Assembly (NCBI RefSeq): GCF_000020385.1
Contig: NC_010814.1
Span: 720,001 to 752,000 of the forward strand
Length of the DNA stretch: 32,000 nucleotides
Origin: Trichlorobacter lovleyi SZ
Lineage (GTDB): Bacteria > Desulfobacterota > Desulfuromonadia > Geobacterales > Pseudopelobacteraceae
Direction: 5' to 3'
Below are positions 1 through 9,811 of this stretch, piece by piece. The notes beneath the pieces were generated by a model, which was given only the letters and a program-made list of their open reading frames with translations, was not told the origin of the DNA and made no database searches. Within the stretch, counting starts at the first letter, position 1. Each line of letters opens with the position of its first letter. The position numbers and the translations under genes were made by a program.

Positions 1-336
1 CTCTCCGGCGGCGAGGCCCAGCGGGTCAAGCTGGCCAAAGAACTGTCCCGTCGTGCCACCGGACGTACCATTTACATCCTTGACGAACCGACCACCGGCC
101 TGCACTTTGCTGATATTGCCAAGCTGCTGGATGTGCTGCACCGGCTGGTGGATACCGGCAACACCATCGTTATTATTGAACACAACCTGGATGTGATCAA
201 GACCGCTGACTGGATTGTGGATCTTGGGCCGGAAGGTGGCGACCGGGGGGGCGAACTGGTGGCAGCCGGTACGCCGGAACAGGTGGCCAAGGTCACCCGA
301 TCCTGGACCGGCCAGTTCCTGCGGAAGATGCTGTAG
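1..336 (+). CDS. uvrA: Excinuclease ABC subunit A, C-terminal fragment (gene begins upstream of the window)
   Basis: Frame 1 reads [96 protein letters not shown]. This contains the ABC signature LSGGE, Walker B ILDEPT and the typical UvrA C-terminal tail. Stop TAG at 334-336. Confidence 0.9.
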   Translation, partial: LSGGEAQRVKLAKELSRRATGRTIYILDEPTTGLHFADIAKLLDVLHRLVDTGNTIVIIEHNLDVIKTADWIVDLGPEGGDRGGELVAAGTPEQVAKVTRSWTGQFLRKML

Positions 337-350
337 AGGAGGCATGAGCG

Positions 351-506
351 ATGATCAAGACCGCAACCTTTGAGGCGCTGCTGGAGTCGGTGGTGGAGGA
401 TGGTGATGGCTGGCTCTTTACCCTGGAGGGCAAAACCTACCGGCTTGCTGATAAGGATGAGGTACGCAAGATAGCTGAATCCCACGGCTATATTCTGATC
501 TACTAG
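351..506 (+). CDS. Small hypothetical protein, 51 aa (MIKTATFEALLESVVEDGDGWLFTLEGKTYRLADKDEVRKIAESHGYILIY)
   Basis: ATG at 351 lies 8 nt after GAGGAGG (336-342) and 14 nt after the uvrA stop. It is below the ORF-track size cutoff. Its TAG (504-506) shares the palindrome CTAG with the stop of the convergent AEC gene (503-505). Confidence 0.35.
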   Translation: MIKTATFEALLESVVEDGDGWLFTLEGKTYRLADKDEVRKIAESHGYILIY

Positions 507-1483
507 CCTGCCTTCATGATCAGCGTGGTAATCAGCTGCAGTACCAGCGGTATGGTAACAATCCCCCCCAGTGTGCCGACCGCCACCATGGCAGCGGCCT
601 GTTCCGGGCAGTTGTCATACTTCAGGTTCAGCAGGTAGGCCATGACCGGACCCGGCATGGAGGCGTTCAGGATGATGACCGCCTCGGAGGTCCGGTAGCC
701 CAGCCAGACCAATGGATCAAGGGTTGGGTCAACCGGTGTCCAGCCGGTCATGCGCCAGATAAACACCAGACCAAATCCCAGCATCGGTCCACCTGCCAGC
801 CGGATGATCCCTCCCGCAATCCCTGTCTTCAGGGTCTCCAGCTTGATATCACTCATTGAATAACCCAGGTTAACAATTAATAGCGGTATGGCACCATAGC
901 CCAGGATATCGGTCAGCTTGCCGGCAAAATAGAGGGCTGGTTTCACTGCTTCCGGTAGCGGCAGGGTTGCGGCTGCCACACCGGCGATCATGGCATACAG
1001 GGCCGGAATCTTCAGAAACTGCTTCAGATCGGTCTGGCCGCTGACCAGAAAGACCCCGGCGCTGTACAGCACAAAGATGTTGGCCAGATGGAAGATGATT
1101 GACTTTGAAAGCCCTTCATTGCCGAACATCAGCAGGGCGATCGGCAGGGAGATGTTGCCGGTGTTCATAAAGATCAGCGGCAGAATAAAGCCGTTACGCT
1201 GGACTCCGGCACGGCGTTTCAGCAGCAGCGCCACCGGCACCATCAGTGCGATCATGGCAATGGCCGATACAAACAGTAGTGAGAACTCGGACGGGTCAAA
1301 GGCCCGTTTGTGGGTGGATGAGAAGATCAGCGACGGCACCAGAAAATAGTAGACCAGGTTTGAGATGCTCTTCTGGTTCAGTTCCCGCCTGGTGTCCAGC
1401 CTGCCCAGCCAGAAACCGGCAAAGGCAATGGCAAAGGAGGGGATGACGGCGCTGATGATCAGGAAATTCTGGTTTGAAAACAT
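503..1483 (-). CDS. AEC (auxin efflux carrier) family permease, 326 aa
   Basis: Polytopic membrane protein. Its N-terminal pattern is LGRLD...L..LV.Y...P.LIF, followed by the FMNTGNISLPIALLMFG block typical of Mem_trans/AEC transporters. It is a paralog of the next gene. Confidence 0.8.
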   Translation of the reverse strand: MFSNQNFLIISAVIPSFAIAFAGFWLGRLDTRRELNQKSISNLVYYFLVPSLIFSSTHKRAFDPSEFSLLFVSAIAMIALMVPVALLLKRRAGVQRNGFILPLIFMNTGNISLPIALLMFGNEGLSKSIIFHLANIFVLYSAGVFLVSGQTDLKQFLKIPALYAMIAGVAAATLPLPEAVKPALYFAGKLTDILGYGAIPLLIVNLGYSMSDIKLETLKTGIAGGIIRLAGGPMLGFGLVFIWRMTGWTPVDPTLDPLVWLGYRTSEAVIILNASMPGPVMAYLLNLKYDNCPEQAAAMVAVGTLGGIVTIPLVLQLITTLIMKAG

Positions 1484-1495
1484 GGCGGGCCCGCT

Positions 1496-2503
1496 TCAGG
1501 AGTTAAAAATATAACGGTTAATGATAGAGACCAGCAGGCCAAAGGCGGGTATCGACAAAAGCGCTGATGAGAGCAGCAAAGACGAATCCCGGTTGGAGAG
1601 TGGGCTGTCGCCAGGCCGCCAGAAGGCGGAAATGGTGCAGGGCAGGGCAGAGGCAAGCAGCAGGATTGCCTCGGTGGTGCGCAGGTCAAGGTAGTGCATC
1701 AGGTCATACCCCTTCTCCAGCGGTGCCAGCCCGATTACCCGCAGAATCAGAATCAGCACGATTGCCACCAGCGGCAGCCAGAGCATGCGGATCAACGCTG
1801 CGCCGGACCACCAGGTTGCGCCGGAGCTTCGCAGGCAGTAGAGGGCATAGCCGTGGCTGATCAGCAGAATCGGCAGGGCTCCGCTCGCCATCATGCCGAT
1901 CCCCTTTTCCACCAGCCAGAGCAGGTCCTGCAGTTGCCCCGGAAGCTCCAGTTCAAACAGTTTCAATACCAGAGCCAGCAGCACGGCATGCAGGGTCGGT
2001 GTCTTCAGGAAGGCAACCAGCTGGGGAGGGTGCCCGGCGCGCCAGCGGCCCCAGGTATAGATCAGAAACAGGTTTACCAGGTGGAAGAAGGCGGCCTTGG
2101 CCAGCCCCTGGCTGCCAAAGAGCAGATAGGCCAGCGGCAGCAGTATGGTGCTGGTGCTGCCGAACATCATTGAGATAAAACCGTTCCGGTCACCCTCCGG
2201 GTCCCGTGCAACCCACCAGTGGGCCAGCGGGTAGGAACAGAGGGAGAAAAACAGGGCTCCGGCCCCCATGATCAGCGCTTCAGATAGCGCCAGCGGGGTG
2301 CGGTTCATCGCTGCAAAGATCAGGCAGGGGATAAAGATCTGGCTGTTCAGACGGGCCAGGGTATTCTGTTGCCCTCCCCCTTCCCATTTGGCCATTAAGG
2401 CCCCGGCCACGATGATGATGATGGCGGTTGCCAGGATCCGCAGGGAAAGGAACTGTGCTGCGGTGGCACCACTGCTGATAATGACGGTGGCTGCTGCTCC
2501 CAT
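1496..2503 (-). CDS. AEC family permease, 335 aa (tandem paralog)
   Basis: It aligns to the neighbouring gene (NGFISMMFGSTSTILLPLAYLLFGSQGLAKAAFFHLVNLFLIY versus NGFILPLIFMNTGNISLPIALLMFGNEGLSKSIIFHLANIFVLY). There is a 12-nt gap to the downstream gene. Confidence 0.75.
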   Translation of the reverse strand: MGAAATVIISSGATAAQFLSLRILATAIIIIVAGALMAKWEGGGQQNTLARLNSQIFIPCLIFAAMNRTPLALSEALIMGAGALFFSLCSYPLAHWWVARDPEGDRNGFISMMFGSTSTILLPLAYLLFGSQGLAKAAFFHLVNLFLIYTWGRWRAGHPPQLVAFLKTPTLHAVLLALVLKLFELELPGQLQDLLWLVEKGIGMMASGALPILLISHGYALYCLRSSGATWWSGAALIRMLWLPLVAIVLILILRVIGLAPLEKGYDLMHYLDLRTTEAILLLASALPCTISAFWRPGDSPLSNRDSSLLLSSALLSIPAFGLLVSIINRYIFNS

Positions 2504-2508
2504 GCCGG

Positions 2509-3456
2509 CTACCTCACTACCGTGGCAACCGACAACAGCTGCAGCGGGATATGGATGCCCAGCCGGTCTGCGGTGGCAAGATTGATCATGATGGCGAGTT
2601 GCGGCACGACACGAACCGGCAGATCAGCAGGTTTGTTCCCTTTCAGGACCTGCAGGGCATTGTCTGCTGCAAGCCGGCCCAGGGTACGGTAATCCGGTCC
2701 CAGCGAGATCAAGGCCCGGTTTTCGCTGACCATCTCCGGTATGACCACCACGCTGGGGATCCGGTGCTGATTCAGGATGCCGATGATCCGGGTCGCGTTG
2801 GCCTTGACAAAGGAGTCGGAAGGAAAGATCACCGCATCAACCCGCGCATCAATCACCTGCTTCATGGTGTTGGCAATCCCCTCTTTGCCCTTGATCGGAA
2901 ACTCAAAGGTCTTGAAGCCGAACCGCTTCTGTTGCTGTTTGATCTCTGCCAGCTGATAGCGGGGGGCCGGATCGTGACTTGAGTAGACAAAGCCCAGTTT
3001 GCGGATGTTCATCAGGGTGCCCAGGGTGCGGAAGGCGCTGTCCATCGGTACCAGGTTGGAGGCGCCGGTGGCCCTGTTGCCGGGACGTTCCATGCTGGCA
3101 GCGATCCTGCCTTCAACCGGACGCTGTACGATGTTGAAGATGATCGGGATGTCGCTGGTCTGCTGCAGGGCCGCCTGGGTTACCATGGTGCCGAAGGTGT
3201 AGACCAGCCGGAAGCGTTTGTGGTCCAGCCCTGCCAGGATCCGGTCCAGTTTTTCCTTGCTCTGGTTTGCGTCAAAGACCGTAACCGCCACCTCGTAGTC
3301 GGACGATGCGGCCAGTTTTTCACGAAATCCCTTTTCTGCTTCGGTCTCACCACGCCAGAGCACCATGGCAATCTCAACCCGTTCCCTGGCTGAAGCAACT
3401 GGCGGGCAGAGCATGGCTGCTGCCAGTACGGTGCACAGTAACAGGCGCAAGATCAT
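2509..3456 (-). CDS. Periplasmic ABC_sub_bind-type (PF04392-like) substrate-binding protein, 315 aa
   Basis: It has a signal peptide (MILRLLLCTVLAAAMLCPPVASA). The C-terminal block LKGNKPADLPVRVVPQLAIMINLATADRLGIHIPLQLL is characteristic of this family. Its ATG overlaps the upstream gene's stop as ATGA (3453-3456). Confidence 0.8.
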   Translation of the reverse strand: MILRLLLCTVLAAAMLCPPVASARERVEIAMVLWRGETEAEKGFREKLAASSDYEVAVTVFDANQSKEKLDRILAGLDHKRFRLVYTFGTMVTQAALQQTSDIPIIFNIVQRPVEGRIAASMERPGNRATGASNLVPMDSAFRTLGTLMNIRKLGFVYSSHDPAPRYQLAEIKQQQKRFGFKTFEFPIKGKEGIANTMKQVIDARVDAVIFPSDSFVKANATRIIGILNQHRIPSVVVIPEMVSENRALISLGPDYRTLGRLAADNALQVLKGNKPADLPVRVVPQLAIMINLATADRLGIHIPLQLLSVATVVR

Positions 3457-5603
3457 GCCTGTTTCCCCAGGTAGCGTATCGCCAGCATGGTAATGTCATC
3501 CGACTGCGGTGCGCCGTTGGCAAAGACCTGTACCTCGGTCCGGATGGCATGGATGATCTGTTCCGGCGTTGCAGCGGGGTGTGTAGCCACACAATCAAGC
3601 AGACGCTTTTCACCATACTCTTCAAGGCTCGGATTGACCGCCTCGTTTACGCCGTCAGTGTAGAGCAGGAACAGTTCGCCCGGCTGCAGTGTGATCTGCT
3701 CGGTCCGGTAGCTGATATCCGGCATCGGGCCGAGCACAAAACCGGGGGAGAAACTGTGGTAGGTGGTGCCGGTGCCAGTCTTCTGGATCAACGGCGGCAG
3801 GTGCCCGGCATTGGCGCAGTCAAGTTGTCCGGTGTCGGTATCCAGAATGGCACAGAAGACGGTTACAAACATGGAGGTCTCGTTGTCCAGGGCCAGGATG
3901 GAGTTGGTCCGTTCCAGAATCTGGGCCGGATTTGCATCACGCAGCGCCTCACTCTTGAGCAGCGTCTTGGCCACCATCATGTAGAGGGCCGCAGGCACCC
4001 CTTTATCGGAAACATCACCGATGATCAGGCAGATCCTGCGCTGATCCAGGAAGAAGAAATCATAGAAATCCCCTCCCACCTCCTTGGCCGGTTCCATCAG
4101 GGCAAACAGATCAAACTCGCTGCGATCGGGAAAGGGAGGGAAGATACGTGGCAGCAGTGAGGCCTGGATATCGGTGGCCAGTTTCAGCTCGCTCTGAATC
4201 CGTTCCTTGGCGGCCGTGGTCTCGGTCAGATCATGGATGTAGCGGGACAGGTCAGCCGCCATACGGTTAAAGGTCTCGCCCAGCTGCTGTATCTCGTCGC
4301 CGCTCTGCACCTGCAACCGGTGTTCCAGATTGCCGTTACCGATGATTTCTGCACCGCTCTCCAACTCAAGGATCGGCGCCGTGATCTTGTGTGCCACGCG
4401 ACGGGAGACAATGGTGACGCCGCCGAGCAACAGTAGAAACACGGCCGTCATAATCACCATGGTGACGCCGATCTGGCGATACACCAGGCTGCTGGCGGCC
4501 TGGGTCTGGGTCAGTATGGCCTGTTCGGTGGGCCGGATCGGGGCGTAGACCGCTTCAACCGGCAGGGCAAAAAGTACCGACCAGCCGGTGGTGCTGATCG
4601 GGGCGTAGGCCACAAAGCTGTCCTGCTTGTTGAGTATGCCGCGCATGATGCCGGGGTTGCCCGATGCAAGATTCTTGTCCAGCAGCGGCATCGCCTTCTG
4701 GTCGTCAAAGGAGAAGAAGGTCTCCTTCTGACGTTGGTTCCAGAGATCGCTGCTGGTATCCAGCCCTTCCCGTGCCAGAATACGGCGGTCCTGCGAAACC
4801 ATATAGGCCTTGCCCTGGTTGTTGAGCCGCATCTTGATGATCCGTTCCTGAATGGTGGTAAGCGGTACATTCAGGCCGATTACAGCAACGATCTTTTTGT
4901 TCTTCATGACCGGGGCAGAACAGTTGACCCGCAGATTGCGGGCGATGACCCCTACATACGGCTCGCTCCAGCCCAACTTGCCGCTTTTCAGTGCCCTGGT
5001 GAACCAGTCCCGTTTGCGTACGTCATAGGCGGCATCGATGTTTGATGACCAGGGGAAACGCCGGAACAGCCCCTGCGGTGTGGCCAGGTTGCAGTCGTTG
5101 ATGACCGAGTTACTCTTCAGGACCGAGATCATGAAGTCATCCATGGCGGATGATGTCTGCAGTTCCGCGGCAACAGCACGTGCCGATACACCTTGCGGAA
5201 TCTGCCAGACAGAGGCGGCCTTCGGGTCCGGCGGCTGTTCGCCAATGGAGTAGGAACGTTTGTGGGGGTAGATGCCGGGTGTCTTCCAGATCCGCTCGGC
5301 GCTGTCCACCAGCACCTTGAGATCATTTTCCACATCCCGGAACTGGGCATCGATCAGTGCCGCCTGGTCAACTGTGGCCTTGAGCAGTCCTTCCTGGCTC
5401 AGACTTTCAAGTGACCCCTTGCTGATCTTGAGCAGTTCCTGACTGAGCCCTATGGTTCCCTTAAGCGAAGAGTTTCCCAGTTGTCTCATGCTCAATAACG
5501 ACACCAGACCGAAACAAAGCAGGGATATGACGGCCGTACCCAGCAGGGCGTACAGGATACGGGTTCTGATGTTTTTAGGGCGGAATCGCCTGCGATTCGT
5601 CAT
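3453..5603 (-). CDS. Membrane sensor phosphatase: Cache-like periplasmic domain, HAMP, SpoIIE/PP2C (RsbU-type), 716 aa
   Basis: It has an N-terminal TM segment, a roughly 300-aa extracytoplasmic region, a second TM segment and a HAMP domain (APILELESGAEIIGNGNLEHRLQVQSGDEIQQLGETFNRMAADL). The PP2C motifs are EVGGDFYDFF, GDVSDKGVPAALYM, NAGH and DDITMLAI. Confidence 0.85.
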   Translation of the reverse strand: MTNRRRFRPKNIRTRILYALLGTAVISLLCFGLVSLLSMRQLGNSSLKGTIGLSQELLKISKGSLESLSQEGLLKATVDQAALIDAQFRDVENDLKVLVDSAERIWKTPGIYPHKRSYSIGEQPPDPKAASVWQIPQGVSARAVAAELQTSSAMDDFMISVLKSNSVINDCNLATPQGLFRRFPWSSNIDAAYDVRKRDWFTRALKSGKLGWSEPYVGVIARNLRVNCSAPVMKNKKIVAVIGLNVPLTTIQERIIKMRLNNQGKAYMVSQDRRILAREGLDTSSDLWNQRQKETFFSFDDQKAMPLLDKNLASGNPGIMRGILNKQDSFVAYAPISTTGWSVLFALPVEAVYAPIRPTEQAILTQTQAASSLVYRQIGVTMVIMTAVFLLLLGGVTIVSRRVAHKITAPILELESGAEIIGNGNLEHRLQVQSGDEIQQLGETFNRMAADLSRYIHDLTETTAAKERIQSELKLATDIQASLLPRIFPPFPDRSEFDLFALMEPAKEVGGDFYDFFFLDQRRICLIIGDVSDKGVPAALYMMVAKTLLKSEALRDANPAQILERTNSILALDNETSMFVTVFCAILDTDTGQLDCANAGHLPPLIQKTGTGTTYHSFSPGFVLGPMPDISYRTEQITLQPGELFLLYTDGVNEAVNPSLEEYGEKRLLDCVATHPAATPEQIIHAIRTEVQVFANGAPQSDDITMLAIRYLGKQA

Positions 5604-5710
5604 GATGTGCCGGCACCTTTAGCGTTAGAATGTCATGCGTTGAGAGAGGTTATGTCAATAGTACTACTTGTACAATCTATTTCCAGAAAGTTGTTGCTGC
5701 GGGAGTTGTC

Positions 5711-6820
5711 TTACAACAGCTTCAACGCTACGCCGATGCCGGGTCCGGGGGCGCCCAGATCAAACCTGCCGCTCTGATCCAGATAGGGACTGCGACTGAG
5801 CGGGCCGTTGATAAAGAAGGTGGTGTCCAGGTCAATCACCTCAAAGCAGCCCAGGGTGGCGGCAAAATGGGCTGCGGCGGTAATGGCCAGGCTGCTCTCC
5901 ATCATGGCCCCCAGCATCAGTTTGATGTTGTTGCGGCAGGCCAGCTCGGCAATCCTGACCGACTCAGTGATACCGCTCTTCATAAATTTGATATTGATGG
6001 CATTGACCGCTTTCAGCGCGACTGCCAGCTCTGCAGCTGCCAGGGAACCGACACTTTCGTCGGCACAAATCAGCATGCCGCTACCGGCAAACTCCCGCGT
6101 AATGGCAGCCAGGCCGTCCCAATCCCCCTTGGGTACCGGTTGTTCCAGCAGGTCGGGGCGGATGCCGTGCTGTTCCAGCTGTTGCAGGAAACGCCGCATG
6201 CCGGTAGCATCAAAGCCCATGTTGGCATCCAGCACCAGGCAGCTGTCGGGTGCGATTCGTTTGACCGCCAAGACCCGCTGCAGGTCCAGCTCATGGTCTT
6301 TGCCCACCTTGATCTTGAAGGCGGTGAAGCCCTGTCCGGCATAGTGGCGGGCAGCGGTTTCCGCCTCCTCCAGGCTGCCGATTACGATGGTGATGTCACT
6401 TTGAAAGCGTGGTCTGGCCGCACAACCCGGCGCAGCACTGAACAAGGCGCCAAACGGTATGCCCCGGCTGCGGCTGGCCAGATCGAACAGCGCCATCTCA
6501 AAGGCGGCCAGGGCAGCATGGTTGCCGACAAACAGGGGCCGAAACTCCTCAATCAGTTCAACCGGATCGTTGCCGTTGCGTCCGGCCAGTTGCGTTGCCG
6601 CTTTTTGCAGGTTGGCCAGCGTTTGCTCCACGGTTTCGCCGGTAATATGACTGGCAACCGCGGCCTCGCCGTAACCGCAGGTTCCATCATGAGCCTTTAG
6701 CTGGAAAAAGACGTTTTCCAACTGGTCGTGCTGGCCGGTGGCGATCCGGAACGGCGTGTTCAGCGGTGCGGTGATGACAGCGGCGTGAGCGTGCCTGATA
6801 ATGATATGATCCATGCTCAT
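5711..6820 (-). CDS. Enolase-superfamily dipeptide epimerase (L-Ala-D/L-Glu epimerase-like), 369 aa
   Basis: It shows the mandelate racemase/muconate lactonizing enzyme pattern: FKIKVG, LDANMGF, LEQP and ADES acid/base and metal-ligand blocks. The N-terminal capping domain reads PFRIATGQHDQLENVFFQL. RBS AAGGA. Confidence 0.8.
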   Translation of the reverse strand: MSMDHIIIRHAHAAVITAPLNTPFRIATGQHDQLENVFFQLKAHDGTCGYGEAAVASHITGETVEQTLANLQKAATQLAGRNGNDPVELIEEFRPLFVGNHAALAAFEMALFDLASRSRGIPFGALFSAAPGCAARPRFQSDITIVIGSLEEAETAARHYAGQGFTAFKIKVGKDHELDLQRVLAVKRIAPDSCLVLDANMGFDATGMRRFLQQLEQHGIRPDLLEQPVPKGDWDGLAAITREFAGSGMLICADESVGSLAAAELAVALKAVNAINIKFMKSGITESVRIAELACRNNIKLMLGAMMESSLAITAAAHFAATLGCFEVIDLDTTFFINGPLSRSPYLDQSGRFDLGAPGPGIGVALKLL

Positions 6821-7002
6821 TGTTCCTTAGGCGGGTATACAGGTATCAGGCAACATACTGGTACCCATCACCCACTGCTTGTGTTGCTGGTCTAGAATAC
6901 CACCAGTTTTAATATGCCGCTACCGATGTCCCGGCCAGTATACCCAGGATCCTGCAGCTCGACGACGGCATCGCCTTGAAAGCCAAGCACGCCCCATCGG
7001 CC

Positions 7003-7443
7003 TTATTCCTTGTGAAAATGTAAGGACCGCGTATCGCTGCGCCTTATGAACCAGTCAGAACTCCAGCAGGCCGCTGTGCAGCTGATGCCTGAGCCCCAGC
7101 TCTCCTTGCCGGTGAGACACCTGGTATACATAGTTGCAGGTGGCCCGTAGTCGCTCTGGCAGGTCCCTTCAAGCCGGGCCGGACAATGCGGGCCGTTGAC
7201 CGTAAAGGTATGGGTCGCGCCGGCTGCTATGGTTGCAACCTGGTACGAGTAATCGGGCCGGTAGAGATAGACGGTGCAGGTAGTATGTATGGGCGTCCCG
7301 GTGCTGGGCCAGTATTCGACCGCGATGTCGTTTTTTACCTTCACATGGTACTTCAGGATGCCGCCAGCACTCCCTTCAGGTGAGGCGAGTGACGTACATA
7401 CAACGCATCCCGTCAGCAGCGTCATCTTCAGCCATCGTTTCAT
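7003..7443 (-). CDS. Small exported Cys-rich protein, probable lipoprotein, 146 aa (family C, paralog of 23401-23769)
   Basis: The internal ATG at 7443 is preceded by GGGAGGGA. The signal peptide MKRWLKMTLLTGC carries a lipobox LTGC. The longer 257-aa ORF would overlap gldA. Shared motifs with the paralog are HTFTVNGPHCPARLEGTC and SCTAACWSSDWFIRR. Confidence 0.65.
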   Translation of the reverse strand: MKRWLKMTLLTGCVVCTSLASPEGSAGGILKYHVKVKNDIAVEYWPSTGTPIHTTCTVYLYRPDYSYQVATIAAGATHTFTVNGPHCPARLEGTCQSDYGPPATMYTRCLTGKESWGSGISCTAACWSSDWFIRRSDTRSLHFHKE

Positions 7444-7576
7444 GTCTGGTTCCCTCCCTTTGCGGGTGTAGTAGTGGTACCGTGTTTCGTGCAAGCTGGG
7501 CGTGACAGGGTCAGTCAACCATAAGTCGCTGCCGTCAGCTTTAGCGGCACCTTGCTCCGGCATCCTGACCTGTCTC

Positions 7577-8668
7577 TCACACTGATTTTCTGCGTGTGCC
7601 GATCGCATCTGCCGCCAGCATGGCGTTAAGCACCTTGTCAGGCGTGATGCTACCTGCCTCATGGTGAATGCACTCCTCCGGGGCGCAGGCCTTCTGTGCC
7701 ACCTGCAGCAGGCGATCGCGTCCGCATCCGGCCAGGCCGACAGCCGCCAGGGTGGTGGGCAACCCCACTGCCTCACAGAACCTGTAGACTTCGTTGATCT
7801 CTTCCGGCGGTGCGTCGATCAACTGCAGACCGGCCAACAGACCAAAGGCCACTTTCTCACCGTGGTAGAAGGCATGGGTTTCTGCCAATGCGGTCAGTCC
7901 GTTGTGGATGGAATGGGCGCTGGCCAGTCCGCCGCTTTCAAAGCCGATGCCGGAAAGCAGGGTGTTGGCCTCAATGATATGCTCCAGGGCCGGGGTGATG
8001 ATCTGTTGCTCCGCTGCGGTCTTGGCGGCCGCGCCGTAGCGCAGCAGGGTATCGTAGCAGAGCCGGGCCAGGTTAAGGCCGGTCAGGGTACTGAGACCGC
8101 CGCAGGCGTTTGCCGAACGGGTGGCATGGCAGGAACGGGCCTCAAACCAGGTTGCCAGCGCATCTCCCATGCCGGCCACCAGAAAGCGGACCGGCGCCCG
8201 GACGATGATGGCGGAGTCCACCAGCACAGCTGCCGGGTTTGAGCGCTGGTAGTAAACCGATTCAAAGACACCCTGTGCTGAATACAGCACGGCGCAGCCG
8301 CTGCAGGGAGCGTCGGTGGAGGCGATGGTGGGTACGATGATGACCGGGATGCCGGCACGGTCGGCTGCAATCTTTGCCGTGTCAATGGCCTTGCCGCCAC
8401 CCATCCCCACCAGGACATCCACCTGCTTTGCTTTAATGACGGCTGCCAGGCGGGTCAGCTCTTGTTCGCAACACTCGCCGTTAAAACGTTCGAGCGACAG
8501 ATTATGTCGCTTCAGGTCGATGCCGCTGTCAGGAAGAATCCTGTCGCAGGCCGTTGCCGAAGCCAGGATCAGGCCCTGTCTGCCAAACAGTTGGACCAGG
8601 GCCGGCAACTCGTTCAGAGCCGCTGCGCCTTGCAGGTATTTTCCGGGGAACATCGCTTTGTTCAGCAT
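7577..8668 (-). CDS. gldA: Glycerol dehydrogenase (Fe-ADH family), 363 aa
   Basis: It is near-collinear with E. coli GldA: PGKYLQG, GGGKAIDTAKIAA, PTIASTDAPCS, GDALATWFEAR, IEANTLLSGIGFESGGLASAHSIHNGLT and YHGEKVAFG. Confidence 0.9.
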   Translation of the reverse strand: MLNKAMFPGKYLQGAAALNELPALVQLFGRQGLILASATACDRILPDSGIDLKRHNLSLERFNGECCEQELTRLAAVIKAKQVDVLVGMGGGKAIDTAKIAADRAGIPVIIVPTIASTDAPCSGCAVLYSAQGVFESVYYQRSNPAAVLVDSAIIVRAPVRFLVAGMGDALATWFEARSCHATRSANACGGLSTLTGLNLARLCYDTLLRYGAAAKTAAEQQIITPALEHIIEANTLLSGIGFESGGLASAHSIHNGLTALAETHAFYHGEKVAFGLLAGLQLIDAPPEEINEVYRFCEAVGLPTTLAAVGLAGCGRDRLLQVAQKACAPEECIHHEAGSITPDKVLNAMLAADAIGTRRKSV

Positions 8669-8719
8669 CCGCTTTCTCCTTGGTAGACGTCGTATAATAG
8701 GCGTATGCCGCCGCCTCGA

Positions 8720-9811
8720 TCAGCCCTGCTTCAGGGTCACCGTCACCCTGTTTATTTCTTCACAGCGCTGGTAGTCGATCTGCTGTGCCAGGTGGGTGAT
8801 GATATTCAGCCCCAGCTCATCGGGCAGGCGGTCTTTATCCAGCAGGTTGACCGCCTCTCCCCGGTTCTCCAGAATGATCTCCAGGCTCTCCTTCTTTTCA
8901 GAATAGGCGATGGTCAGGTCAAGGGCGGTTGTGGCCAGCAGCGGGGTATGGATCTGCAGCAGTTCTTCCACCAGCAGCAGCAGGTTGTGCCGGGTCTTTC
9001 TGGGCAGGATCTGCCGTTCGCAGAAGATCTCGATCTCCGCATTCATGGCATACAGGTCATAGTCAGCTGAGCTGATGCAGTAGTTGAAGCTGCGGATCCG
9101 GTTGATAAAGGCCCTGGTCTTTTCCTTCTGAGGGTTTTCAAAGATCTGCTGCGGGGTGCCCTCTTCATAGATCAGGCCTTCGTCCATGTAGAGCACCCGG
9201 CTGGAGACATCACGGGCAAAGTCCATCTCATGGGTGACGATCAGCATGGTCATGCCGTCCTTGGCCAGTCTGCGGATGACCGCCAGTACCTCGCTGACCA
9301 TGGTGGGGTCAAGGGCCGAGGTCGGTTCGTCAAACAGGATGATCTCCGGGTTCATGGCCAGGCAGCGGGCAATGGCCACCCGCTGTTTCTGACCACCGGA
9401 CAGTTCATCGGGGAAACTGTCGGCCTTTTCAGCCAGCCCCACCAGTTTGAGGATCTCCAGGGCCTTCTGTTCTGCTTCCTGTTTGTTGATCCCCAGCAGC
9501 CTGACCGGACCGATGGTCAGATTTTCCAGGGCGGTCAGGTGGGAGAAGAGGTTGAAGGATTGAAAGACCATGTTCATCCGCTGCCGGATCCTGGGGATGT
9601 CGCTCTTTTTGTCCAGCAGGTCGATCCCGTCCACGGCGATTGATCCGCCGCTGGGTTGTTCCAGCAGGTTGAGACAGCGCAGGAAGGTGGATTTGCCGGT
9701 GCCGGACGGTCCGATGATGGAGATGACTTCTCCCTTGGCAACGCTGAGGGAGATGTCTTTCAGTACGGTGACCTCACCGTAGGTCTTTGAGAGGTGTGCT
9801 ACCCTGATCAT
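8720..9811 (-). CDS. Polar amino-acid ABC transporter ATP-binding protein (GlnQ-like) with an uncharacterised C-terminal extension of about 120 aa, 363 aa
   Basis: It has Walker A GPSGTGKS, signature LSGGQKQR, Walker [12 protein letters not shown] and H-loop VTHEM. About 120 further residues follow the usual end (...TRAFINRI). Its ATG overlaps the permease stop as ATGA (9808-9811). Confidence 0.9.
   Translation of the reverse strand: MIRVAHLSKTYGEVTVLKDISLSVAKGEVISIIGPSGTGKSTFLRCLNLLEQPSGGSIAVDGIDLLDKKSDIPRIRQRMNMVFQSFNLFSHLTALENLTIGPVRLLGINKQEAEQKALEILKLVGLAEKADSFPDELSGGQKQRVAIARCLAMNPEIILFDEPTSALDPTMVSEVLAVIRRLAKDGMTMLIVTHEMDFARDVSSRVLYMDEGLIYEEGTPQQIFENPQKEKTRAFINRIRSFNYCISSADYDLYAMNAEIEIFCERQILPRKTRHNLLLLVEELLQIHTPLLATTALDLTIAYSEKKESLEIILENRGEAVNLLDKDRLPDELGLNIITHLAQQIDYQRCEEINRVTVTLKQG

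Noticed and set aside
1459-1689. A 76-aa minus-strand ORF bridging the two AEC genes
   Set aside because: It is out of frame with both well-supported permease genes and overlaps both. The peptide is Pro/Cys/Ser-rich with no RBS.
5630-6700. A 356-aa ORF on the plus strand, and similar long plus-strand ORFs at 3306-4160, 14757-15467, 17236-17949, 29182-30078 and 7661-8242
   Set aside because: All lie antisense to minus-strand genes with clear family signatures. Their translations are Gly/Arg/Ala/Gln-rich with no motifs or RBS. They are typical shadow ORFs of GC-rich DNA.
7444-7776. N-terminal extension of the 257-aa ORF 7003-7776
   Set aside because: It would overlap the 3' end of gldA by 200 nt and encodes an Arg/Pro/Trp/Cys-rich stretch. 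The internal ATG at 7443 has a GGGAGGGA RBS and starts a proper signal peptide/lipobox.
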